Part shown: positions 24,301-35,300 of the stretch, in pieces
Position numbering within the stretch: position 1 is the first letter of the stretch
Layout: each line of letters opens with the position of its first letter
Assembly (NCBI RefSeq): GCF_902459465.1
Contig: NC_047068.1
Span: 15,624,001 to 15,688,000 of the forward strand
Reading direction: 5' to 3'
Source: Asterias rubens
Lineage: Eukaryota
DNA: 64,000 nt
Made by a program: the position numbers and the translations under genes
The notes under the pieces: model-generated
Told to the model about the DNA's origin: nothing
Seen by the model: only the letters and a program-made list of their open reading frames with translations
The model's database searches: none

Positions 24301-25987
24301 TAAAACTTTTTGTCAAGGCCTTTCTTGCTCTACATTGGGTTCAAAGATTCGCACCGAGCCGATCCAACAGATATCCCAAAATACGGACAATTCGCAGAGC
24401 GTTTTGGCAATGGTGAGGCGGGTATGGGAGTGATAGAGGATTGGACTCCGTCAAAGTATAACCACTCTGATGTCGTTGTTCCGTGGTATTTACCCGATAC
24501 CACGGCAACCAGGCAAGACATAAGCGCTCAGTACACTTCAATCAGCAGATTGGATGCAGGTATTTCTGGTTGAATTCTCTTTTAGTATTGGTGGTGAAGC
24601 AAAAATTACAAGGATACAAGTCACAAATTGTACATTTTGACATGGTGTTTTGGCTGGTTACCTAACTCTAGTTAGCATAATTTTGATGCGCTTAGCTACT
24701 TTTGGCTTTTAAGCTTCTCTATGATATTGGGCCCTAGACTCGGCAAGACCCAACAAAGTTGTGCTAGAGGTTGGTTTGATGCCTATAAATTCTCACAACT
24801 ATCTTTACTAACTACTACCTTTTTGGACCAAAAGTCACTAGACTGATGAGGCATTTCTAGTCTAGTCATTGTCTCATATCACATTTTCTGTCTTACACTA
24901 ATGTTCAAATTCAGTGTTGTAGCTAGAACAATTTTAGTTGTGGGCTGTAGATCCAATTTAGTCCATCAAGAGGGAGCAGTTTAACAAAATTATTTATGTA
25001 TAGATATGAGTGCAATCTGGGAGAAATCTGTGTTGGGCGGCACAGTGCATTTTGTTAACAAAATTTGTTAACTCTGGGCAGGCCCGCCCTGCACTGTCCA
25101 TCGTGGCTACAACACTGTTCAAAGTACATAATTGTCTTATATTCATACATGATATTTTTTAATTCCCTTTTTGCAACACAGGTGTTGGCATGCTTCTGAG
25201 TGAACTGAAATCCTTTGGCTACCTAAACGATACACTCATCATCTACACGGCCGACAATGGCATCCCCTTCCCCAACGCCAAGACCAATCTCTACGAAACG
25301 GGAATGGGTGAACCGATGCTGGTCTCCAACCCTTACAACAAGAACCGCTGGGGGCAGTACAGCGATGCGATGACTAGCACCACCGACATCGTGCCGACCG
25401 TCCTAGACTGGTTCGGGGTCAAGTTTCCAGATTACAGTCTCTTGCGTAATAAAGTCACCCTGACCGGTAAATCTATGTTACCGCTCACGCTGTCCGAGCC
25501 GGCGAAAGATTGGGACGTTGTGTTCTCCAGCCACGACTTTCACGAGATAACAATGTCGTACCCAATGCGTGTAATGCGAAATAAGCAATACCGCCTCATT
25601 CATAACATGAATTACCGTGCGCCGTACCCCATTGCTCAGGATCTTGCGTCATGCCCGACGTTTGTGGATATTCTAAACAACACCGCGGCTGGTAAGCCGA
25701 CAAAATGGTTCAAGACGTTGGATCAGTATTACTACCGCCCGGAATGGGAGTTGTACGACCTCTTACACGATCCCAAAGAGACAATCAACCTGGCCGATCA
25801 GCAAGATCACAAAACGACGTTGGGTAAGATGCAGAAGGCTATATGTGACTGGCGACATCTTACAAATGATCCATGGAGGTGTTTTCCCGACGGTGCGATC
25901 AATGGACCTAAATGTATTGATCTCCATAATGAACCACCTAGTGAAAAGTACACCCAGGAGCAAAACCTTGACACCATCAATGAATAA
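21359..25987 (+). CDS. SGSH: N-sulphoglucosamine sulphohydrolase (sulfamidase). Exons 21359-21455, 22322-22588, 23486-23636, [24031-24263 or 24318-24559], 25182-25987; 517 or 520 aa
   Basis: Signal peptide, RNALVIIADDAGFE, formylglycine motif CSPSR...LTG ([22 protein letters not shown]), [39 protein letters not shown]. All junctions are GT-AG with consistent phases 1,1,2,1. Confidence 0.96.
21575..21695. mobile_element. Small MITE in SGSH intron 1
   Basis: Inverted repeat GTATGGCGCCACCACTTTC (21580-98) / GAAAGTGGTGGCGCCATAC (21669-87). Confidence 0.7.
22618..22918. mobile_element. Rearranged (inverted plus forward) copy of the tRNA-like retroposon with a 14-bp target-site duplication
   Basis: AAGTCGTAGATAAT at 22604-17 and 22919-32; 43-bp perfect inverted repeat 22613-55 / 22747-89; A24 run at 22721-44. 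Confidence 0.8.
24031..24263 (+). CDS. SGSH: SGSH alternative exon 4a (DPHRC...FC type)
   Basis: Acceptor CTCTTCACTAG, donor GTACCT, 233 nt, phase 2 in / 1 out; encodes [14 protein letters not shown]...SRMDQ. Confidence 0.9.
24318..24559 (+). CDS. SGSH: SGSH alternative exon 4b (DSHRA...FA type)
   Basis: Acceptor TTTGTCAAG, donor GTATTT, 242 nt, phase 2 in / 1 out, open frame; encodes [14 protein letters not shown]...SRLDA. Confidence 0.85.
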
Positions 25988-26230
25988 ACTTTCTTTCACT
26001 AAGAACTAGAGCTTTTAAAACACAAAAATAAAAAATAAAACATGTACAAAACTTTCCAAAGACCATGGTTCAATTTAGCGCTTTGAAAAATCCTGGGGAG
26101 AACAAACTGGTCTAAATATAAAATAGCTCTGTATACCTCATGTAAAATAGTAAAAGCTTTTATGTCCATTGAACCGGGCTCTAAAGGCACAGTGCTATAG
26201 GTTACTTAATTGCAATGGAAGAGAGGTTAA

Positions 26231-26579
26231 AGGCACTGGACACTATTGGTAATTACTCAAAATCAAATGTTAGCATAAAAACATAGTTTGTAACGAGCAA
26301 TGGGGAGCTTTTGATAATGTAAAACATTGTCAGAAAAAGCTCCCTCTGATAGTTTTTGAGAAAGAGGTAATTTCTCACTCAAATAATAAAAGCCTTTTAT
26401 TATGCATCAGAAAGCACACAAAGTAGTGCAGCAAAGGTGTTTTTTGTGGTTTTTTTTATTATTCTCTTGCAACTTCGGTGACCCATTGAGTCCAAATTTC
26501 AACAGGTTTGTTGTGTTATGCATATGTTGGTATACACCAAGTGAGAAGACTTGACAATAACCAAACATGTCCAGTCCAT
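26231..26579. mobile_element. Kolobok-like MITE copy just 3' of SGSH
   Basis: TTAA|AGGCACTGGACACTATTGGTAATT ... GTCCAGTCCAT|TTAA; body similar to 8791-9143. Confidence 0.75.
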
Positions 26580-27139
26580 TTAAAAGAAACGGTTATAAAT
26601 TTGAAAACGATTCGCACAAAAAAGTGTTCACAAAGAAAACAAGCGTTTCCAATCGATTTATAAACTTTTAAGTTACTTTGTTGATCAATAACCTTGTGCA
26701 CCAGAAGGTCCAAAATATGCAAAATCCAAATTCATGAAATCTAAACGACTTGACCTTATAGCACTAATGACCTTATAGCCCTGAGCCCACAAATAAAAAT
26801 GTTGAAAATTGGTGTATTTTTATAAACTCGGCTAGGGTGAAAACGTCAGGCCATTAACTGTTTTTTTTTTCGTTTTTTTTTTCATTTTCACCATAGGTCC
26901 ATTCGTTTGGTAAGCAGTTTGCAACAGAATTATATTTTCTTATCTACTGTGAAGAGTTACTTTTAAAATGTAAACTATAAAAACATTGAAAAGCTTTGTT
27001 GGCTTAGATTTCTGTACTTTTACTAAATGTTTTCTTTGAAATAGTTTGAAGAAGTGTTCATCTTTTTTATGTAAATTAATCATGCTGGATTAATCATGCA
27101 TATTTTTTATATACTCAAATAAAATCGAAATCTGTTTTT

Positions 27140-27360
27140 ACCCTAACACCGATGTGTGTAAGCACTGCATACTCAGTACTTTCCAGAGTTTCGTGGGAAA
27201 TATAAATCACACGCATATAATACTCGGGTGGGATTCAAACCCACGACCTTTGCAATTCTGGAGCAGTGTCATACATAGACCATCCACCGAGATTGCCCGG
27301 TAGCTAGATGCAGTTCGAACCCTATTTTTAGCAGCGGGTAACACAACAATTGAATAGAAT
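27140..27360 (-). mobile_element. tRNA-like-head retroposon copy
   Basis: Reverse complement collinear with 15915-16135 (CTCGGTGG...GGTTTGAATCCCACCCGAGTA...CACACATCGGTGT). Confidence 0.75.
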
Positions 27361-27879
27361 AATATCAAAGTCTTATATAGCGCACGTATCTACCAAACAA
27401 GGTACTAAAATATTTGTATCCATCTATTAACTATTAAATTTAATAGACTGATCAGGGATAAAGACCATTATTTACTAATTGATGCAAACAGTGCACCGAG
27501 TCATATTGACTATTATCCACCAGGAGTTGAATATTACTGAATACACTGGGCTATTGTTGATGAGGCCAAATTAATTGTTTTTTGGTTAAAACAAATATTA
27601 AACGTGTTTTTATGTTGAAAATAAATTGTTTTAAAAGATTCTATTTTGAAGTGGTTTGCAGACGTTTTATATTCATAGGTCTATATAAAAAGGTTGGCAG
27701 CATCAATTTACATGAACTGGCTTTACCTTTAAAGGAAATAAACGACAACATAGAGTTAAAAGGGTTTGTCCTTAGAAAATGGTCATTTTGATTGTCTCTG
27801 AATTATACACCGTAGTCGGGAAAGCACCCCAATTGAAACACCATCACAACTGTCTAAAAGAATACATTGAAGACTATCT

Positions 27880-28035
27880 CTGTTTTAGACGGGGGAGGAA
27901 CACATTATGGAAATCCGACTCAGACAGCATTGTAGGGACTGACAGCCAAATCCACAGGCAATGATGTTCCAGACCGACAGGGAATCGAACCGGGGTCCGC
28001 AGAGATGAAAAGCAAGAAAAAGAACTATCATACCT
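27880..28035 (-). mobile_element. tRNA-derived SINE-like element (third family)
   Basis: Minus strand GGTATGATAG...GGTTCGATTCCC (B box) followed by a non-tRNA body. Confidence 0.5.
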
Positions 28036-28080
28036 GGCTGTTTCGATGGCCACAAATGTAAAGGCCAAGACATTCATTAA

Positions 28081-28481
28081 GGAACAGTACAGAATTGGGT
28101 TTTGCTAACAAAACAGTTGCTGGCAGTGTAATCCACCTTACATCACTTTACAAAACTGTGGAAGTAATAAGTATAGAGATCGATCGGCCATCTGGGTCAC
28201 GAGAAAATAGTGAAAACCTGATTACACATTTTGCATGACATCGATGCAAAAACCAAACGAAATAAAACGCTCATTGAGTGATAAACCCCAAACGCCAAAT
28301 TAGATTATGTGTTTCTCATCAAAAAAATTATTATGACATTTCAGACAGAAATATTTCACGAGATGTTTTCTACTATCTTATCTATAAATGATAGATATTT
28401 CATCATCATTAGACCGTGTATGTTTTATCTAAATCTGTGAACTTCACGATTTTGTTTCTTACCAATTCTGTAACATTCGTT
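28081..28481. mobile_element. Degenerate Kolobok-like MITE
   Basis: TTAA|GGAACAGTACAGAATTGG ... CCAATTCTGTAACATTCG imperfect TIR. Confidence 0.5.
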
Positions 28482-29262
28482 ATAATAGAGCTTAACTGCG
28501 GATTAAATATAGGGTCAACCATCCAGAGCAACACAGTACAACAAGTTCATGTCACATAATATTGCTGAGACAATGCAGGGCTTGGAAAGTCGAAAGGAAT
28601 CAGGCATGGCCCGCGTACCATAAAATAAAAATGATAATTCTTTTACGTGTGGCGGCCTTAGCGCGCTGCTTGTATGCGTTAACGCGACATTCACGCACAC
28701 TATTACGAACAAATAACCCTATTTGCGTCATCAATGTTCCAAAAGAACACGGTACGCACCAATGAAAAAATAAACCGCGCGCAAAAAAACAACGCGCGCT
28801 TGGAATTGCGCGCATTGAAAATTTAATTCAAACAGAACAAACAGAAAATGTATCATGCGTGGTTTTAAATGCGGATTGGACTTTAAACGTACAAATCGCC
28901 ATGTTTGTAGGACTTTTGTTGACCTTTTTTATAACTCCGCTTCACCAATTCATTTTAAAATCTTATTCTGGTTGTCTTTCTTTTTCAATGTCTTCACAAG
29001 TTCTATTTTTTTGCAAAGGGTGTCCGAGCTTTTTTGTTTCAATCAACGTAACGCCAGGTGAATAGCAGTTCTTCATTCAACAAAGGATTTAACTTCAACA
29101 ATGGGCATAAAAACGACGAAGTTTTAACACGCTGCATTTTGTTATGAGATTGTTCGGAAACTAATGATGTTGCAGTATTTTCTTGGGCTCTTACAACAAT
29201 CTTTCGTTAATAGCATGCTAGTGGTCGCTAAGCCTGTATTTTTTTGAATGGACTGATGGAAG

Positions 29263-29317
29263 ATGCGGTTGCAACATTTTGCCTACCTCATCATTGGTGT
29301 CTTTCTCTTTACGTCGG
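29263..29317 (+). CDS. Receptor exon 1, signal peptide MRLQHFAYLIIGVFLFTS
   Basis: Hydrophobic N-terminal peptide; strong donor GTAAGT, phase 1. Confidence 0.75.
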
Positions 29318-32300
29318 GTAAGTCCAGATTAAAAAAGTAAAAAATAAACGAAAGTTGTAACATAAAAAAGCTTTTTGTAGACAACTTGATACATGCCTTC
29401 TTGGTTCAACAATTCAATCAAGCATACCAGGTAAATATGCGTTGCACTTACAAAGGTTTCCTTGATTATGGGGGCATATGACAATATCTATTGAGGACAA
29501 TAAATATGTAGGGGCCCATCGTATTGAAACTTTACAAAGGGCACCACATGTTTTATTCCAGGGCACACCAACCCTGAGATGCCAGTTTCCGTTGCACTAG
29601 CTGTACTGATGATGCATGTAACGGAGGAGTCCAAACCCGGGATATGGCCTGAAGGGTAACCTCGCTGTGGCCCGTGGGTGCCTATGGCTAAATCGAGGGC
29701 CTGTCAAGTGACTCAAGACACGTTTTCGCGTCACATTTATACCAAGTCTATAGCTACCATGTTTTCTGGTTATTGACGTGCAAACATGGTACCTAGCCTG
29801 CTAACTGTAGAATTTAACAACACTGACAATGTATTAGGATAATTAGGACGAGTCTTGGAAACTGAGATTTATATCCAAACGTGAGAAGGAAGAAATCCCG
29901 ATGAGAAAAAATGATTCACTCATCCTCTTCATTAATTCTCAAACAATCTCGATCCTCCAGAAGACGGTCTGCGCATACTGATCAAAATGTCTTTTCAGAA
30001 CCACCTTAACTCAAAAATGATAAGAGATTAACGTTATTATGGTGTTGTATACCGCAAACCTCACTAATTTCAAATCCTACAAAGTTTCAAATCCTACAAA
30101 TCTCGATTCTGAAAAAAACAGGTTTGGATGCTAATAAACACCTTTCCCCGGAGATGTCGGACGCCCTGCAGCTCCTGAGGCTGACAGAACGGATGCGTTT
30201 CGGCGCGATGTGCCTGCAGGAGAGGTACTGCACCCACGCCGAACTGCTGGGGTTCGGGTGGGAGGAACAATCCTTGGATACCGCGGTGCTGAACCGATTC
30301 TGGCACACGTACTCCTGCACGTTTTTAGAGAATGTCTACTTGTGTCCAGGTGACTGAGAAATTGGTTTAAAATAATTTCATCTTACAACATCCCAAAGAA
30401 CTATTGGGTCCGATTTCATAGCTCTGCTTACTTGCCGCAGAATTATACAATTACGACGCCATGTAAAGCACATGGGTTGTATAAGCACATAATTCCACGG
30501 TAAGAAAGCTATCAAGCCTAGCTTTCAAGAACAACACACCTGGGCCCAATTTTATAAAGCCTGTAAGCACCGAAACTTGCTAAGAAAAAATAGTATTGCT
30601 TATAGGTTTACAGTGTTGTGGCTGGTGCCCCGCTCAAGTTTTACTTAACAAAGAAACCTGCCGCGCAGTATTTTCTGCTTGAAATAAAGTCCAGTTCTAT
30701 ACAGTCCATAAAGTTATCAAAACATTATTGGTTGAAATTATTCACGAATAGCAAAGCATCATCATTACGGTTACATAAATTGGGTTACAGACAAGGAAAA
30801 ACCAAGCTACTGAAAGCTTTTTAATGGTCACGCAAATATAATGTATTGCACGAGTGTTTTTTTATTACGAAAATAATGATATAATGTAAAGTTTGAGTTT
30901 TTTGTATAGATCGTCCACGGTTTGGTTGGGGTGCTGTGTCATTGAGAAATGCAATTAATTGTGTTCCTCTTTACATATAAGAAGGGGTATAAATTGCCCC
31001 ATACTGCATGTAAGCACTGGGGGAACGCTACTAAGGACATTTAGTTTGTTGTGTACCTTTTCTAAACTGTGTTCTTATCTTAATTTCGATGTAAAAATAC
31101 CGTGTTTATTTACTTATTATTTGATCTGATTGACAAACTTTGCTAGTGAAATGTGATAAGGATTAACACTAATGAAATAAATGTATGAAGATGATGTTTA
31201 ACGCAACGTTACAATGTCAATCACGGTTTACAGTGGACGGGGGTTGGAGTGCATGGGGTGAGTGGGGAGACTGTCACGTGACCTGTGGGGACGGAACCAA
31301 GATGAGACAGCGCATCTGCAATTGGCCCGAACCCCAAAATGGCGGCAATGAATGCCACGGGCAGACTACTAGCGTTACGAGCTGCACAGTGATTCCGGCA
31401 TGCCCACAGAATGGTAAGGGATCTGGCAACCGAGAATCATATAAGAACTATAATTGAGTTTCTAGTATTTAATGCAGGGCCCACTTGCTAAGCAAAGATG
31501 CTAAGCACACACAATTTATAGAGCTGTTACTTCTATTATTGAGTATACACAAAGATGCTAATCACAACAAAATTATGCTCACCAGAATAGGTTACAAGAC
31601 AAAAAAACGAAAGAAGAAAAAAAGATCAAATACCCAGCTGGCCAAGCTTTTCAATTCCATTACTGATTATATACACTCCAAAGTAAAAGTTGTTTCAGCA
31701 AGAAAAAGCCATCGAAAACTACAGATGTTGAATACTTTTGATCTTAACAATCTGGCTCATTAGTGGTATTATTTTGCGTATAAATCTAAAGTTGGGGTGA
31801 GATGGGTAGGTCGAAACAATTTCGGGAAACACAAATTTAAATGTTTTATAATAATTGAACATTCTGAATGCCTATAAAATGTCATTGTGTGTCTTTATTT
31901 TGTGTAGAAACAGAGGGTGAATCTATCGAGGATTCAGTACAGAAGAAAGCATTTAAGCTTATGGAGCCATTCAACACTAACGATGCTGAACTACGAGACA
32001 CTTGTATGACTGGACGGTGCAGCTATCAACAAGTACTGGAAATGGTCACACCACGGAACCTTGCGGTACAACAACTGTTCACTTGTTTTATGTCCCTGAT
32101 AAGTTTAAGTCATACACAATGTTCTTTCAGTTAACAACTGGGGCCCACAAGAAGCGGCAAGTTAGCTAAGACCCTTAGACAGAACCTTGCAGTTCAACAA
32201 CTGTTCACTTGTATTATGTCCCTGATAACTTTAAGTCATACACAATGTTCAAGAAGCGGCACGTTAGCTAAGACCCTTAGACAGAACCTTGCAGTTCAAC

Positions 32301-35300
32301 AACTGTTCACTTGTTTGATGTCCCTGATAAGTTAGTCACACACAATGTTCTTTCAGTTAACAACTGGGGCATACACGAGGCAGCACAGCTAGCTAAAGAT
32401 AAAAAATTAACTATGAAAATAGTGACTTGGTGGGAACAACAATATCAAATCTCCCATGGAGGAGTGTTAGCTGTGAAAAGAGCCAGTGTGGTATCGACGT
32501 TTCGAACAGTGTACTCTGCTGGTATTCAGAAGAAAACACCACTTACAATAGCTAGGTTCAAATGCATAAATAAAAGAGTATTCCTTGCTAGATCATTACT
32601 TTATGGCATATCAGTAGAACCTAATTAAAGCATAGAGAAAGGACCACAGAAAAACAACTTTACTAGAACAACATACATAATTTGTTTTTCTGTTACATAA
32701 TGGCCTTATTGTCATCGTTAGAGATACAACTTTCATGTTACCATCGTTACAGAAGAGTTCCAATGTTTCCATAAAACAGATTTAGTGTGACTTTTGTGGA
32801 TGTTGGGTTAAATTAAAAATGTTGCAATTTCAGGATACTTACTGGACCAACTTGAACTGCTACAAGCATTTGGAAGGGTGTGCGGGTGAGTTACTTCGTC
32901 ATGCATCCGTTGAAGGAAAAGTCTTGGCTCTAGATTAAATCTGTTTAAATGATTAGAAAACATGTTTAGTTGTCTCGCGGAGTAGAGAGTATCACTTTCA
33001 TGCAATGAATTCCTTGTGGTCTACAGTGGTTTTGTTAAAGGAAGTGTTTGCGTGTTTGCGGTAGTCGGCCATTTTGAAGAGAAAAAAAACAACCGATCGT
33101 CTGTGCTACGATCACGCTAATTCCTCAACCACCATGTTCAATTGAAAGTAAAACGTATTTCCATTACTTCAAAAACAATTCTAAGCATTAGGTCTACAAA
33201 ACATAAAACATTAATTTAAGAAAAGAACCGTAGGTTTAAATTCGGAACCACTCCAATTCAATTAGAGATTACCGTAACATCGTGCTACTGCAAACCTTAC
33301 TCAAAAATTTAAAAAAAATAAAGTTTGCCGGAAAAAAACACATAGACAAATCAAACTTGAGTTTTAACACAAATTTTCCTCCGACACCCTACTAATAATA
33401 GTTGAGGGCGGTTGGTCTGAGTGGAATCCGTGGAGCAGTTGCTCGTCCCAGTGCGGTAGCGGGAAGGCGTACCGATCACGACGGTGTAACAACCCACAGC
33501 CACGCCACGGCGGGCACCACTGCAGGGGACCCGAGTACGAGGAGGGTGCATGCGTTGATGATACGTGTGCGCTGGCAGGTGAGTCGGAAAAGGACTTACT
33601 GTTGGTTATTTGAAACGTTCGATTGTTTTAATCCTATATATAAAGGAAGATGTATACAATAAAACTATCATGTGAAAATTTCACCTTCAAAAGGTGGTAG
33701 AGTTTTTGAGATTTCGCCGAAAATCTGGAGCGAATAATTTCGCCTTTTTTTGCATAGGCACATCACTTCAAAAAGTTTCTCAAAATGCTTTATCCATCGA
33801 AAGCTGATGTATGCTTCTAAACAACAGTTTTGATTGTCATGAGTTGTAAAAGTGATTACCAAACGTAGGCCTATACACTCCAAAGTTTGTTTGTAAATGC
33901 CATCATCTGAAAGAAATGCATTACACTGTCCAAACTGTATACTTGTATTTAAAGGACAGTATGTAACTGTGTTGAAATGTTTTGTCATCCTTGTGATACT
34001 ATTGCATGCAAGCGCATTTTTATTTTGGTCACAGTTGGAATTTTCTTGACTCCGTGGTCGACATGGACAGCGTGTTCTACCAGCTGCAATGACGGGTTGA
34101 AAACGTCGAGTAGACGGTGTCACGGCGGCGACGCGTGCGACGTTGGTAATGGACACGAAGCCTCGATACTGACTCGAGAGACACCCTGCAACTCTGGTCT
34201 TTGCCCAGGTATGAACTCGTAAAACACCTTGGTTCTTCGAATCAGTTTTATCCGGGGAAAAAAAGTTGGGTGTGATTTAGAATGTCTACATAATATCTGG
34301 TATGTGTTCAGGAATAAACTCGTAAACACTTGTTTCTTCGATTCAGTTTTATCCATTTATAAAAAGGGTTGTGTGACTACCGGTACATGAAATAATGAAT
34401 ATGAAGTAGGCCTAACATATCAAAAAAACAAAAAACAAGTTTCCCTATCCACACCAGTGGTGTACCTACTCTACACCATTGACGTAGAGAGGGTAGGGGC
34501 AGGACGGCCCAGTGTCCTTCAATTGCAAAACGGCCTAACTCGAAAGTGTTGGTCAACTAGATAATGTTGGTAAATTGAGGCCTTTTATCCATTTCAAAGT
34601 TTCAAATGTTTCAGTATGTATGGATGTGAATATAACATGTCTAATATCATCCTCTGTTACACTTTCATCCCGTTTTTATGCGAAGTGCAGCTGATCTATG
34701 TACTGGCTTTTCTCGAAATGTCATTTTCGAGTTGGGCTGTTTTGGCATGGAGGGGCCCAGGAGCCCTTTTCCCGCTCAGAACTCTTGTCCCCTATTTTGC
34801 CTCTAATGAGATTGAACAAAAATGCACAATTGAATGGGTCGATAGCTTTTTGCCCAAAAAACTTTGTTTAAAAACTGACTTTGTTGACTTACTTGGTAGA
34901 GCATGGAGGCTGGAGTATGTGGAGTGAATGGACGGTATGTACGGGGATGTGCAGCAAGGGACGTCAGGTGAGAGAGAGGACGTGTAACAACCCTCGTCCC
35001 CAGGGGAAAGGGAATGACTGCCCCGGAGTGTCGGCCATGTTGAAGAAATGCACCCATTCCGCACCGTTCTGCGAGGGACTGCCAAAAAAAAAGCAACGTA
35101 TGTTTTATAAGTTATATGTTTCTTTGAATTAAAACCACCTACCGATTTTCACGGTTTATTTGTAATACTTCTGTTTTACTGATATAACAGAACAAAATGA
35201 GTATACACATTTTGTCAGAAATTTCACGAAGAGACAAAATACACGAAAAACAATTTAAAAAAAAACCTTAATTATTTGAACCTTTTGGTGGTTTCGGTTT

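Noticed and set aside
24838-24870. CTGATGAG hammerhead-like core (also 38332 in a coding exon)
   Set aside because: No downstream stem II + GAAA + NUH arrangement.
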